Source: Bispira polyomma
Taxonomy: Eukaryota
Direction of reading: 5' to 3'
DNA: 64,000 bases
NCBI GenBank assembly: GCA_965649765.1
Contig: OZ287752.1
Coordinates: 54,064,001-54,128,000 of the forward strand
Shown in pieces: positions 24,951 through 38,047 of this stretch. The position numbers and the translations under genes are program-made. The notes under the pieces were generated by a model. The model was not told the origin of the DNA, searched no databases, and was given only the letters and a program-made list of their open reading frames with translations. Position 1 is the stretch's first letter. Each line of letters opens with the position of its first letter.

Positions 24951-25977
24951 CTAGATAGTTTTGGCAGAATTGGCCTTAAGGCACTTGAATTATGGGTGGT
25001 TATTTTCTTTGTTCAAAACCTTGAAACAATGCGCACAATTATGTTTGTACTGGTTGTGATCTCCGTCATGGCTACAGGAGCCTGAGTTAAAGTATTTGCA
25101 AATTACCTTGGGCTTCTGAGAAACCTGTTGTGTGGTATGACCGTTTGCCAGGGTCAACTGAGAAACACTAAGTCTGTTTAATGACCATTGAGTGGAGTTA
25201 GCCCAGTCGAGCCTGCCTTCTTCCAATTCCTGCATGCTATGTCCCCATGCAGTTCTGACGGTGGGCCAAGGGAGAACGTTGGCGTCTCTAAATGCATAGA
25301 TCATCTGATGTAGCATACATTTCATGTGGGTAATATCAGAAACCTGAGCAATATTAGATAGCTGTCCGGCTGCTCACTGGGGCATGGAGAGTTCATCGAA
25401 CTGTGGTGGTTTCCGGGCCGTACACCCCACCCAACCTTCATTCGCCCACCTAGTTCAGTAAGGCAAATGTCAGTGGAATTAAATCGACCTGATTTCTGCC
25501 TGGGGGGGGGGGGGGGCTTACCTTGGGAGAGATCCTGCTGGTAGCGTTGGTTATAAGATGCAAGACGCAAGTTGACGGCAGCGCTGACTTCTGGAATACT
25601 TCTTCACACATCTACCCTCGGGACAATGCCATCTCACGTGTAGTCATTACTGGCCTGCATCTGACGTGTAGCTTGTCCCTGAACGAAGGTCCACCATAGT
25701 GTCGTTGTGAGGAGGGTTATGGGGCGAGCCCAACGGGGTAGAGTTTCTGGACGTCTCGACACGATCCAATCTTCTGTGTATCTCGGAGTTGGCGGACTCC
25801 AGCCTTTGGAGTATGGCCATCATAGCAGTATTGTCGGGTATCACATTCTCGGAAGGAACATCGGATTTACTGGCCTCAAACAGAGGGACTCTATGACCGG
25901 ATCAGATACTTTACCCCTTCTGGTTGACTTGGTCTTTGCTGGCGCGGTACCCGGGTTTTCTTAGCAGTCCGTCCCAT
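24951..25977 (-). pseudogene. Gag-like ORF1 of the Ngaro-type element (frameshifted and deleted)
   Basis: ATG at 25977 (MGRTAKK), coiled segment AILQRLESANSEIHRRLDRVE, QGK..KSGR, WPTVR, and zinc finger CKYFNSGSCSHDGDH..KHNCAHC. Confidence 0.8.
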
Positions 25978-26290
25978 AATAATGCAATAGTGTTGTGAAC
26001 GAGCGTAAACTAAAAACAAATAAACACTAAAATCAATAAAAACGCTAGCATGAGTTCACAATTATTAAATTTAAAATGTTTTCTGATTTGATGTTTACCC
26101 TTGTACACTTGGGGTGGAAATGGTGCCTGAGTAGGGGCCAAAAACACAAAATCATGAAGCATGTACAGTGTGATTGGTTCATAGCTAATGAGGGATGGAC
26201 AGAATGGGGAACAAGAATAGTCCCATTAAAAAGGAAAGGAAGGGGGTTAGGAACTGAGACAGCAGGCCCCTAAAGGGGTCGTGCTAGTAA

Positions 26291-26399
26291 AACTGTATGC
26301 AGTGTTTCCTCCACCGTTTCTAACTACCCGTCCCAATATAACCTAAACAGGTACTAGAGTGGACGTTAAATATCTAAATTAAAAAAGAAAAAAAAAAAA
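26291..26399 (+). mobile_element. 3' half and poly(A) tail of the SINE split by the Ngaro-type element
   Basis: aactgtatgc..ctacccgtcccaatataacctaaacaggtactagagtgga continues exactly where 21214 stops, relative to the intact copy at 43115-43368. Confidence 0.85.
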
Positions 26400-28789
26400 C
26401 CAACACACCCCAAGCCGATTAAGAAGTTAGGTGAGGGTATATGATGATATATTATATTTATGTAATTGTAATAATGGACAAGTGTAAACTGTCTGCATAA
26501 AAGGAAACCTTAGCGAAAAAGGTTTGAAGAAGCAGTTTTATAATTTATCTTTGTGTCACAAAGTAGTTTCACTTTCATCCATTAATGGCGAGTTAATACT
26601 TCACTTAGATCAGTCTATGGGTGACCTTGAGTGACCAGTGAGTACACTGAGTATTGCCGGTATAAAATTTTATTTTACTAGTACTACATTTTTATGTACA
26701 ACACAAGACATATTCTTTATGAAAACATTTGTAGGGTGACCTTAAATGACTAAGGTCACCCTACCAAGGGCACCAGGTACCATGGGTTTGGAGAAAGGGA
26801 ATTAGAAATTACCTAGCTAATGGAAATTGTAAAATGTTTGAGTTTAATGAATAAATGCAAGGTACCTGTTACCAATTGTGAGTATATTTAATAATTAACT
26901 ATGTTACAGTTACACACCATATTACTTATTCTGTTTAAGCTAAGGTGACCTCATAGGTATGAGGGAACCTTAACTTAAAGCCAACAGGTTCCCAATTTTA
27001 TAAATTATTATATATATAATTAGTTAAGATTTAAAATGTTTGATTTTGAAAGTTTTTGATATAAATTAAATTTGAGTTTTTATTTTAAGATGTTTGATTT
27101 GAATAATATGAACCTGGTGCCGATACATGCATTTTTAGTTATTAATATTTAGAAAACTGTATATATATAAGTTCTATTATTTTTAGTATACAATTATTCT
27201 GGTTACCAAACCAGAGCTGTACTTATGTAGTACATTATAGATATTACTTATATTCTTACAAATGTAGACCTTGTTTGTTTCATTTTCTCAAAAGCTACAT
27301 ATTCGTGTAATAATTGTTGCTATTAAAAACAGGACAAGTAAAAGTTTTCAATGCTTTTACATTACACACTTCCTTCTTCCATGGGCATCATTATTTACCT
27401 CTTCAATAGCATTATGTTTGTAACCTGTGCAGTATATTTTTGTACTGTTGTTGTGTAATACTATGCAGAATAAATAATAGTTATTATTATTATTATTTTA
27501 TTATACTTTTTAGCTAATATGATTGACATCAGTTAATGGTTCCACTTTCAACTTTCTTACTGACACAGTTATTTATGTCCATCCTACTGTGCTTCATTAT
27601 ATCTCGTGCAAAGACTGTCTGTTCTTGTTCTTGTAGAATCTAATACCTTGATCCAATCCCTTCTTCTATACCACAGGATTGTCATGATGTTCTACTTATT
27701 CCCATTACAAATATAATAAACTATTCCCTTCAGGAAGGTTGCTTCCCAATATTTTTGAGACCATTAAATCATTCAAAGTTGCAACACATTTCAGTATCCA
27801 AACCAAAACAAAGGTTACAAAAAATTGAAAACATATCTGTGTTTCATTTTCTGCCATAATACACATCTGCTGGTTGCGACTAGACTCTGATCACAAACCT
27901 TTTCCTTCTATCAGGCTATTGTTGTTGGATGACGATTAGTATGTGTACCACAGAGGATGCATGGACGTCGTGTGCGGCACTATAGAAGTTTAATATTATC
28001 ATTAGAAGAAAATATCAAGGTTTATTTTTACTCCTGAACATATAAACCACTAAAGGGGGATAAATTATGCTAAAATGAAAGTTTTTGTCAATTATAAAAC
28101 CCACGCTTGTTACAACCGATAAAGTATCAAACTGCTGACTGCCACACAGATGTTCTTGGAAAATATTCCTGGATGAAAGACATATTTGTCAAATGATCCT
28201 GTGTAGTTTCCAGTGTGACGTCGGAGAACAATATTACATAAAATTTGTGGCCTTACCAACTCAAAATTACATTGAAGTTAATTCAGAAGAGCATCAGTCA
28301 TTAATTATGCATAAATAGATGATTCAGTTTTACCTCGGTGACAGAAGAACAAGAAGTGTAATTAAACACCTTTAGATATATTCATAAATATCATTGTAAC
28401 CTTTATTAACACATCATAATGATGGCCTCGCTAACCAGTTTAAATGTTGACTATGTTACTCCTCTACTGAAAAACACCCAAGAAGTGTTTTTATATTATA
28501 AAGTTGTATCCAATCCTAATTTTATTACCAAAATACTAAAGTAAGTGAGAGCAAAAGTACCAAGTGGTCAGTTTGTGTTCCTACCTTTCACAAAGTCATT
28601 TCACATTGGATATACATTTGGATATGTGCTCTGTTTTTTACTATTCTCAGTGTAAACTACTCTTCTTAGTTCCACAATCGGCACTCACACAAATGTTAAA
28701 TATTACTTCTATGTAAATGATACACAGGTATGTGTATCATGGACGTTTAAAAAGAACCCCAAATTTAATCCAAAAATATAGAGTGCATT

Positions 28790-29300
28790 CATATTGGTGA
28801 GAGCCGATTCTGTGATTAAAAACTGTTTGCAATTTGATGCTAGGCTGTCTTTTCCAACACATGTCTCTGATATTTGTAAATCAGCTAGGTTCAAGATGCT
28901 GGACCTATATGGCATGTTGGATGTCTCGACTGGAACAATTCTGGGTAATATCCTTGTTGGTAGTTACATAGATATATTATTGCAACTCACACTATTGGTT
29001 GGTATAATCAAAGTTTGATATAAAGAGACTACAGCAATTTGTATAATTAATCCCAGGTTGGCCAGGTATTTAAAGACAATTCTACCATAAAAAAACCTCA
29101 CACAGACTTTTAGTTCAACAAAAAATAAATTTAAACTTTAAATCATCAGTCTTGCCAAGCAGTATACTTTCCTGATGTTATTAATCTATATATTATATAT
29201 TCCAGAAACATGTTAAAAGCTCAGATCAAGTCCAGGTACTGCAATAATGGTTATCGAGGGACAACATCATCAGGCAAAATGTGAGCATACCATTGGTTTT
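28790..29300 (+). mobile_element. Old L2-type LINE 3' fragment
   Basis: KNCLQFDARLSFPTHVSDICKSARF resembles the post-RT L2 motif (KNLGVxFDxxLSFxxHIxxICKSA). Confidence 0.6.
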
Positions 29301-29419
29301 GGATGAATACCAATACTATGCTGTATGACTATCCATTTTGGGGGACAAGTACATTATGGTATTTGCCATTCACTTAGTCCAATACAAATGTTTTAAACAA
29401 ACATTTATATGGGATAATT

Positions 29420-31625
29420 TCATAATATTGAAACGCATGATGTTGAAACTCTAGCTAGCATCTACGATGACATGCTAAAGTGTATATTAGAAAAACATGC
29501 ACCATTAAAGAGAAAGACAGTTTATTTGAGAAAGAGAGTGTCTTGGTACAATGAGGAAATAAGGCAAGCTAGATGTGAGCGACGAAGGGCCAAGAAGCGC
29601 TATATCAAGTGTCAAACCTGCATCAACAAGAACTCTTATGGGGTGGCTAAAAACAAAGTCAATATGCTCATTACAAAAGCTAAGATGGATCATTTTAAAG
29701 AGGCTATAGATAATATTAGGGGTTGTCAAAAAGCCCTGTTTTGAACAGTTAACCAGTTGTTGCAAAGAAGCAAACCATCAATACTCCCGAATATTGATCA
29801 ACAGAGACTACCTCATGTGTTTAGTGGTTTCTTCATGGATAAGATTGATAAAATCAGGGATCTTCTGTTAAAAAAAACAAAACAAGGAGGATCCATATAT
29901 TTATGACAAAAACACCTCAGCCTCTTTTTTAGAATTTGAAAGTGTTGAAATAGAGAAGGTCATGAAAATTATTTTCACCGCGGCCAATAAATAGTGTATC
30001 CTTGATCCAAATCCAACATGGCTTGTAAAAGAATGTGTTCATGAACTTTCACCATTTTTCTGTAATTTTATAAATTGTTCTATGAAATCAGCAACTGTCC
30101 CAGACATTTTTAAAAATGTGATTGTTACACCCTTGATTTAGAAACGTACACTAGATGCAGAACAACTCAAGAACTATAGACCAGTGTATAACTTATCCTT
30201 CATTTCAAAAGTACTGGAAAAAGTGATAGTATCACAGTTATCAAAGCACAAAGATTTAAATGGGTTAAGAGAACCAATGCAGTCAGCCTACAAGAAAAAC
30301 CATAGTATTGAAACAGCCATGCTTTGTATCACTAATGGTATCCTACAAGCCATGGATAAAGGTAAAGGTACCATTGTGGTCATGTTAGACTTATCAGCGG
30401 CGTTTGATACAGTTGACCACAGCATTTTGTTGCACAGGTTAAATACACAACTGGGACTGGATGGAAAGTTTCTTTCTTGGATAAATTCATATCTGAGCAA
30501 CAGATCACAGCAGATTTGGACCCAGAGTGCTTTATCCGAGAAAAGGTGATTGACATGCAATGTACCACAGGGATCTATTTTAGGGCCAGATTTATATTCA
30601 GACTTTACATGCCCTGTTGGGAGTATTGTTAGATCATTTCATGTTACACCACACTTCTATGCAGATGATTCCTAGCTCTATAAACATTTCAATCCCAATT
30701 GCCCAAACTCCTTCACTGAAGCTGTTCAAACACTTGAAAAGTGCTGTTCTGTTGTAAAGTCCTGGATGAACACTAACCTGCTCAAATTGAATGAGGATAA
30801 GACAGAAGTTATGGTTTTTGGGTCAAAACAAAAACTGAAGAATGTTTTCATTGATTCAGTCAAAATTGGTGAATCTGACATTGTGCCCTCCACTACAGCT
30901 GTGAATATTGGAGTTTCTCTAGATTCATACATGTATATGAAGTCTCAAGTTAACAAAATTGTTTCTGTATCATGGTACCATCTGAAGAACATACAGTTAA
31001 TAAGAAAATATTTGACTCAGGCAACAACAGAGATTGTCATCCATGCATTTGTGACTTCTAAGCTGGATTTGAATAATTGTTTATTGTATGGTCTACCACA
31101 AAGCACTATCGGAAAGCTCCAGAGAGTTCAAAATGCTGCAGCTAGTTTAGTTGTTAAGGAAGACAGATATGCTTCTGCAAGACATATCAGGAAAGTGTTA
31201 CATTGGCTTCCAATTGTTGAAAAAATCAACTGTAAAATTCAACTTACAGTGTTCAAATATCTCCGTGGCCTAGCACCCGGCTACCTTAGCCAAATTATCA
31301 AAGAATAAAGTCAGAGTAGGAGACTACGTTCCAATCAAGCTCTGATGTTGGAAGTGCCAAGAACTAAGACATCTTTTGGGGACAGATATTTTGCAGTTGC
31401 AGGCCCAAAGTTGTAGAATAGCTTACCTTGTGCACTGAGACAAAACACAAGCATCACAAAATTTAAGATAGACCTTAAAACTCACTTGTTTAAAAAAGCC
31501 TATCAGTAAAGTTTTGTAACCTTTATATGTATATATGTATATACTTACATTAAACATTTGTCAAGTGTCTGTGAACACCTGTTGAAACGGGCACTTAAAA
31601 TCGAAATTATTATTATATTATTATA
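29420..31625 (+). mobile_element. 5'-truncated L2/CR1-group LINE (RT region to 3' end) with (TAT)n tail; stops and frameshifts
   Basis: EKHAPLK, WYNEEI, NYRPVYNLSFISKVLEK, QSAYKKNHS, LDLSAAFDTVDH, VPQGSILGP, YADD, LKLNEDKTE, LHWLP and FKIDLKTHLFKKAY*. Confidence 0.95.
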
Positions 31626-33043
31626 TTTTAAATGTCATTTAATGATAACTTTATTTTTAACATGGAAACTACCACTGACTCTCTACATAAAACACCTTGT
31701 GTAGGTTCAGTTGTATAGTTGGAAGGTGCCAGACAATGTTTCCCCTCTTGGAACGAGGAATAAATAACCTGTGAACTTATGTAATCTTTATTAACTTTCT
31801 TTATCATAACTTCATGAAAGGAAGTGTTTTGGATTGGGGAACGCTGATCGTAGTTGCTCATGATGTCTGGCCTGCAAAACATTGGCCTTCAGAAAGTGTA
31901 CCGCCTACAGTTCGACATACATGCTGTGACTCGTTATTTAAGTCTTCAACTGCAGAGGTAAGCGCCAGCAATGCTACCTCAGCTGAGTACTAATAGTGTA
32001 GTTTAATAGACATTTATTTCGTACCTCAAAACCTACTTGGAAATGGATGTTTTGATCAAATAGTCCATTCGTCTACTATTACACATGCCATCAAATGGCT
32101 GACTTTGAGAGGTGTATGAGAAAGGCTATTTATTCACAGAATCTTTCGGTTTTATACTCCAGGGTGGGGTAGAGTTTTGCAGTCAATCTTAGTGTTCTTG
32201 TGTTATTAATGTTCTTTTTTAATTAACTTCAAGTATGAGTTTTTGTTTTTTGGCTAAAATTGATATCATCTTATATTGTTCTATATGGCATGTTCTCATT
32301 CGTTTAGATATGACCATGCAACTTTGGAGATCAATTATTGCAATTATTCGAGTCAATCTATCAACAGCAGTATATTCATATTGATATAATCAAGTTTTAT
32401 TAGATGTTACTTTTGAAACTGAATATTTTGTAGCATAATTCCAAATATTACCTGTACAGGGGCCGCCAAATATTTAAGAAAAAAATTACCCTGACAGGAA
32501 AAAAAAACGAAGTATGTTCTTGATTCAACGTAACACTAATTACAAGTTTTGCAATTAAACCCGCAGCAGTTAAATTTAAGCAATGTATTTTTCTCCAAAA
32601 GGGTGTACGGTACATATCATTTTGAAATGGTTTGACAAGAGTAATTTTAACTTGCTTTAATTAATTACTTGTTCATTTATTTTTCTTTTAAGATGATACC
32701 TAGTGGTTTTTGTAAGGGTTTCCGACATCATGTAGCATTGTAAATTGATACTTTTTCTTATATCAAGTTTTCATGCACAATGAAAGAAAGCAAATACGTG
32801 AATCTAAAGTCACTCAACTCTAGTCTAAGAGACCATTGTGAACTTCAGTCCAGAAGGTCTCTTAGCTACATCTGAAGTAACCTGCTCTAAATACAGAAGA
32901 CTACTGAGTGGTCCAGACAAAGACATGAAGCGCAAATAATTATTTTGGTTTCCCTTTTCCATACCTAACCCAAAGTCTATGGTATCAGAAAATTCACTCA
33001 GATTTGAAGTGTAAGCATTTATGTCTATTGACAAACGATATTT

Positions 33044-33079
33044 TCAATCTTCATATCCATTTGAACATCTTGAGGTCTT
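33044..33079 (-). CDS. CCAP: Possible terminal coding exon of the CCAP-like precursor (KTSRCSNGYED*)
   Basis: Acceptor cttaatgtAG at 33081-33080 in phase 0, with a stop at 33046-33044. The polypyrimidine tract is weak, so this exon is tentative. Confidence 0.35.
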   Translation of the reverse strand, partial: KTSRCSNGYED

Positions 33080-33877
33080 CTACATTAAGATATTGCATGG
33101 AATATTTTTTAAAGCAAAATATAAACAAGATAAGAAAAAAAGCCCCATTTTAGTTGTCAGTTTATATGTGATTATTTTTTTGGTACAGGGAGTATCATGA
33201 ATAAAACCAGAATCCTTTTACAAGCACAAATTTATGTTAACACTTTTTTCTTACTAGAAAATATACTGTATGTAGTTGTAACGCAGTGTTTACAATCCCA
33301 TTGATAAATTAATATTTTTTAAAATACATGTAGGTTTGTAAGCCCAATATTGAAGTAGATAAATCAGATGTCATGATAAGACTCCTCCTTAGCAGGATTA
33401 ATTTCTGCTTTAAATATTATCTATATCTATGTATGAATCATATGTTATGATAAGACTCCTCCTTAGTAGGATCAATTTCTACTTTAAAAATTATAATGTC
33501 CATTAAAGTACACTGAAGTGTACGGTGGCTTAAAACAGCTGTAACATATGTTCCTTATAATATTATAGTTACTTTAAAATAAAAAATTCATCATGAGCAA
33601 CCTCAAACTGTGCAGGATCTGATAAAACTTCATTCATCTAAATGCTAATAATTGTGTTAAAGTCACTTCCGTATCTCTGACCAATCGGAACTAAAATCCT
33701 GAGTCTGGTGAGCAGTGGATTTTTTCTTTTGTATCTAAGCATAAAACACAAACAAACAGATAAACATATAAAACCATATGTAGAATTAAGATTCATTTAC
33801 TAAGATTATATTATTTAAAAATCATCTTTAACTTCCTTCACATATTTAAATAATCCTCAATTATTATAAACAACTAG

Positions 33878-33928
33878 CAATGTGCCAATGTGCCAATGTG
33901 CCAATACGCCAATGTGCCAATGCGCCAT
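33878..33928. repeat. (CAATGTGC)n 8-bp tandem repeat
   Basis: About six imperfect copies. Confidence 0.85.
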
Positions 33929-34436
33929 GACAAATACCAATTTATGTGGTGGCTTTCATCTGTCATGCACAAGTCAACAATTAATTCGGACTCGTATAAC
34001 ACCAACTATATAATTTTAAGATAGATGTATTTATCATACTGTACTTTAATATGAGTTGCTGTTATTATGAATTTCAAATTTTATTCTTTAATTTTGACTA
34101 ATTAAATAGGATATACATATAATTATTAACATATTTGCATACATGTCATGGGGACTAAAAAGCTCAACCATCTAAGTTTCATTCAACGGTGTAGCCTTGT
34201 GGGTTACACACTCGTGTATGAATAATAGGGACCTGGGTTTGTATCCAGTCTAAGACACCTATGTACAGACAGATACATAGTGGCTCAGATTACCACTTTC
34301 AAGAGGAGGTCCCTTTCCTATGGGTCCTTCTCCCAAGACTAAAGAATGTATAATAAAATTGTTAAGATAATCAAGCACCTACCCTTACTCAGAAGAATCA
34401 CAGTTACTGGTTAGAATGCATAAGCTATAGATTTAC

Positions 34437-34838
34437 CTTTTCTCTTGCGACAGAGTTCACGTAGTGCAACAGATATTCCGCTGCTTTTAAGAGCCGGTAT
34501 TTCTCATTTAATGTGTACTGGGCCCTATCGGATACCAGCTGGCTAAGTTCGTTTGGCAAATAATTGACATTGGTGTCCTCGTATTCGGAACCGGGCAGAT
34601 TGGAATCCATGGAGTCATAGTTGTCTTGCAACCAATTAGCATAGGGTTGTTGAAGGTCATGACTGGTCAGGTATTCTTTGTCGTCTGTGGTGGGACTTTC
34701 TATCATATTGGACTGTGACCGTTTCCCAGTTGAGGGCCTATTGAACATGTTGTACAGCTTGGTCTTGACATAGTCTCTTTTGCCATGCACCATGTTGCCA
34801 CATCCAGCCATATTGCAAAATATCCTTTTGTGGATATC
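34437..34838 (-). CDS. CCAP: Main exon of a crustacean cardioactive peptide (CCAP)-family neuropeptide precursor
   Basis: Acceptor ttttgtttttcAG (34840-34839), donor AAG|GTAAAT (34436), 402 nt, phase 0/0. Encodes DIH-KR-IFCNMAGCGNMVH-GKR, which fits the molluscan CCAP pattern xFCNxxGCxN with dibasic cleavage sites and an amidation Gly. Confidence 0.85.
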
Positions 34839-36494
34839 CTGAAAAACAAAAGAAGACAACAACAAAATTAAGCTGGAGGGCTATGCAAGTTATATTTTGT
34901 CTTGGTATCAGAACTGATATCATTCCTAAACAAATTATATTGGCTCCCCTTTAATTCTAGGATTTTCTTCAAATTCCATTTCACTATCTTCAGTGTTGTT
35001 GTTCCTCGACAGCTGTAGTTCTATTAAGCCACATTAAAAGAGGTTATGGACTCTGTTTCTTCTGCCAGACATTGTAGAAGAGCCGGATCTAGGTTTTTAA
35101 TGGACTAAGTGGCCTAAGTGTGGAAGGGTGGAAGACCAATTTCAGATGACATATTTGCCGTCCCTCCGGAATGGGCATTAATTTGATGATTCTTTCATTT
35201 ACACTTTTTTTGTTTCAGATGATCTTGATGGTTGATTTATTTAGCCCACACACTGGAGTGTAAAACCAACATAAATTGTTACTGATGTAGGCACACAAAA
35301 TAGGCTAATTCAAAACAGTGTGAAGTTAATATCACCAACTTATTTAGGTGAAAAATTACAAAATTACTAGCATGAATTACTTTTTGGTTTTTCCAACCCA
35401 CATGTTTCCTCATAAACATTCATTACTGAAATTGATACCTTAATTTGATATTTATTCACAATTTAATTGTCACCTTTTAGAGGCAAATGCAAACACAATA
35501 AATGAAAGGTCTAAATATATGAATAGAGATAGTCTCCACCTGGCATCCCCCTGTCTATTTGAGAAAAAAACATGTTCTTTATATATTTTAACACAATCTA
35601 TGCATTATAATTCAATATCTAAAACTCTTCCATAAGGCCATCTTTAATTAAAATAACAAGGTGAAAATTCTGGGGGAAAACACAGAATACTGCCTGAAAT
35701 TCAGAAAAGGTTCATTGATGACAAGTCACTAAAACTTCAAGAGAACCAATAAACTACTCCTGTTTGTCTTGTTCACATGTCTATTGCCAATTACTTTTGT
35801 TACCTTTCTGGCTTAGAATTGGTAGGTTTTCTTTTTGTCCTACAGGTTTATTACAGGGGCGTAGGGGGTATTAATTTGCTTAACTATCACTCATTATGGC
35901 TTCCCTATTGGATATACTTCATTCAGGATGAGTTGTACATTACAGTACTGGGTGCTTTTCTGTGGAATTGCACTTAAAATAAAAGAAACACACATGCTCA
36001 GGGTAACATGAATAGTTGTTATGGAATTGAAATAAGCCTCTAAATTTGCTACTCTTTTATATTTTTCTACATTTACTCATTTAATATTAGTTATTTTGTG
36101 CTAAGGGTAATATTAATATCTGTTATGAAATTGTAAAAAGCTTATACATATGGTCATTTGTTTTTAAGATGTTCTACATTTATTAATTTAAGATTACTTA
36201 TGTTGTGCTAAGGGTAACATGAAAATTTGTTGTGAAATTCTATGTGTGAAAGACTCCATATTGACTTATTTTCTTTCAAAGTTTTTTCTACATAAAACTA
36301 ATTTTTTTTAATGTTTAGGCTAACATTAATACTGACGTGTAATTAAAAAAACATCTTTTATCTATTATTATTTTCCAGTTCAGTCGAGTAATATTGGTGA
36401 CAGACAAAGTATGTAGCCTATTCCAAAGGGTGTCAACATGACCTTCTTGGCTTAGGTAAGTATAGCTATATTTCATTAAGTAGGGCTTCTTTTT

Positions 36495-36660
36495 AGAGGC
36501 TGCTTCTGCGTGTGAATCCAGTTCATCGCTTTAGGTGAGAAAGTTTGTCAGGTACTTGCCTTAGGTCGGTGGTTTACAGTGCTTAAGCACTGTTTTTTTT
36601 ACTCCATTGGATCTGTTCGTTGTGACATGACCTAAGCTGTTGAAACCCAATTTAATCAAA
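36495..36660 (+). mobile_element. SINE fragment with a Meta/MESC-like central domain
   Basis: aaagtttgtcaggtacttgcc..ggtcggtggtt..gacatgacctaagctgttgaaa. A related minus-strand copy lies at 59215-59360. Confidence 0.65.
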
Positions 36661-37489
36661 ATTTATTCAGAATTTTGACAATGTCAGAGATTAAAGCCTA
36701 TTATGTATCTGTTAATGTAACAATATTGTAAGTATAACAAAAAGACGAATAGTACCTGTGTCTCCACCAGATTGTTATATTTTGAACCATAGCTATCAGA
36801 TAAGGCAATCGTATAACACCCACACTATTTATGGAACATTTCTCCCCATAAATATGGTTTATATAAATATCCCTACCTTTTAAAGAGGCCTTATTTCAAC
36901 AGCTATAACAAAGATATTAGGGATTTTTGTGTGTCTGGCCTTTAGTATGACAGCCAGTTGGACAGAGCACATTTGCACCATCCCAAATGAAAACTGACGG
37001 CAGATGCAAATTGAACAATGGCCAAGAATTTACAAGACAAACAGTTGATAGTGGATTCTTAATAACCAAGATGATGCACTTGTGTAGTTTACTGCGGGAA
37101 TTGGCTCATTGCTACATTTATTGAGCTTAATCAATGGTATAATTTGACACAGAAGTACTTTCAGGCTTTATCTGTGGAGGCTACATTTTCTCTTGAGTTT
37201 TTGTTGGTGTGTTCTGTATTTTGTACTCTCATCTGGAATAAAAATAATCTTCATTTTTCAATGGTCTCCCATAGATGAAATGGTTAAGGGAGAAGTTTGT
37301 CCTGTCATTGGAGTGCCAGAGTGGTCGATAAATCATCCCATCTTTGGACAAGATGTGAACACATAATACCTCTCTGATGATGAGCAATGCTATGTTGTAA
37401 GATCTTATTTAACACGATTATTGTTACACGATGCACATTTATCTTGATCTTACATAATTGCTGTAAATGAAATTACGCATTTTGATAAA

Positions 37490-37762
37490 CTTTTTTTATC
37501 GCAGCCCCTTGTTATGGGACAGTCTCCTAGTTGACCTCAGATAACTAGAAACACTTATTGGTTTTAGGTAAAAACCTAAAACCAATCTTTTTTAACCTAC
37601 CTTACCTGCCTTATTTCTCTCATGTACACCCCCACATTTTTCCTTACGACCATGTTGTGTTCATGGACTTACACGATTTGCTCACTGATACTATTGCTGT
37701 GCTTTAGAAGATGCCCAGCATCAATAACGACTGTTAAAATGTATTATAATAATAACAATAAT
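37490..37762 (+). mobile_element. L2-type LINE 3' end with stem-loop tail and (TAA)n
   Basis: Decayed AAP.LWDSL..DLR.LETLIGF coding end, followed by gctttagaagatgcccagcatcaataa and TAA repeats. Confidence 0.75.
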
Positions 37763-38047
37763 AGACTTGGGTAAACTTAAACTTTTACATTTATTTATAA
37801 GCATGGAGTGCAAAGTTATTTGTTATATCTCATAGTTTTGATGACATAATACAAGATGTGTGATTTCATTTTGGCAACAATCAGTGAAAATTGCAATCCT
37901 CTGCAAGTGGGTCCAGCTTTAATAACTTTGAGATTTTTAAAAGGGACCATTCTCAAATCTGTAGCTTGTCACATACACTCAATACATATAAATTGCTACT
38001 AGAATTATTATTCTGTGCCATATGTCCACAAAGTGTCCACTAGTATA

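Larger units (their letters stand above)
21215..26290 (-). mobile_element. Nearly complete Ngaro-type tyrosine-recombinase retrotransposon (gag - pol[RT/RNase H] - YR), lightly pseudogenised
   Basis: Gag with C/H zinc finger, RT with YIDD, RNase H HLDACLTG and YR in that order. Both ends are defined by the two halves of a split SINE. Confidence 0.92.

Noticed and set aside
36875-37232. Candidate extra CCAP exon (ttattccAG acceptor at ~37233, AAG|GTAGGG donor at ~36876)
   Set aside because: All three frames hit stops soon after the acceptor, so it cannot be a coding exon of the precursor.
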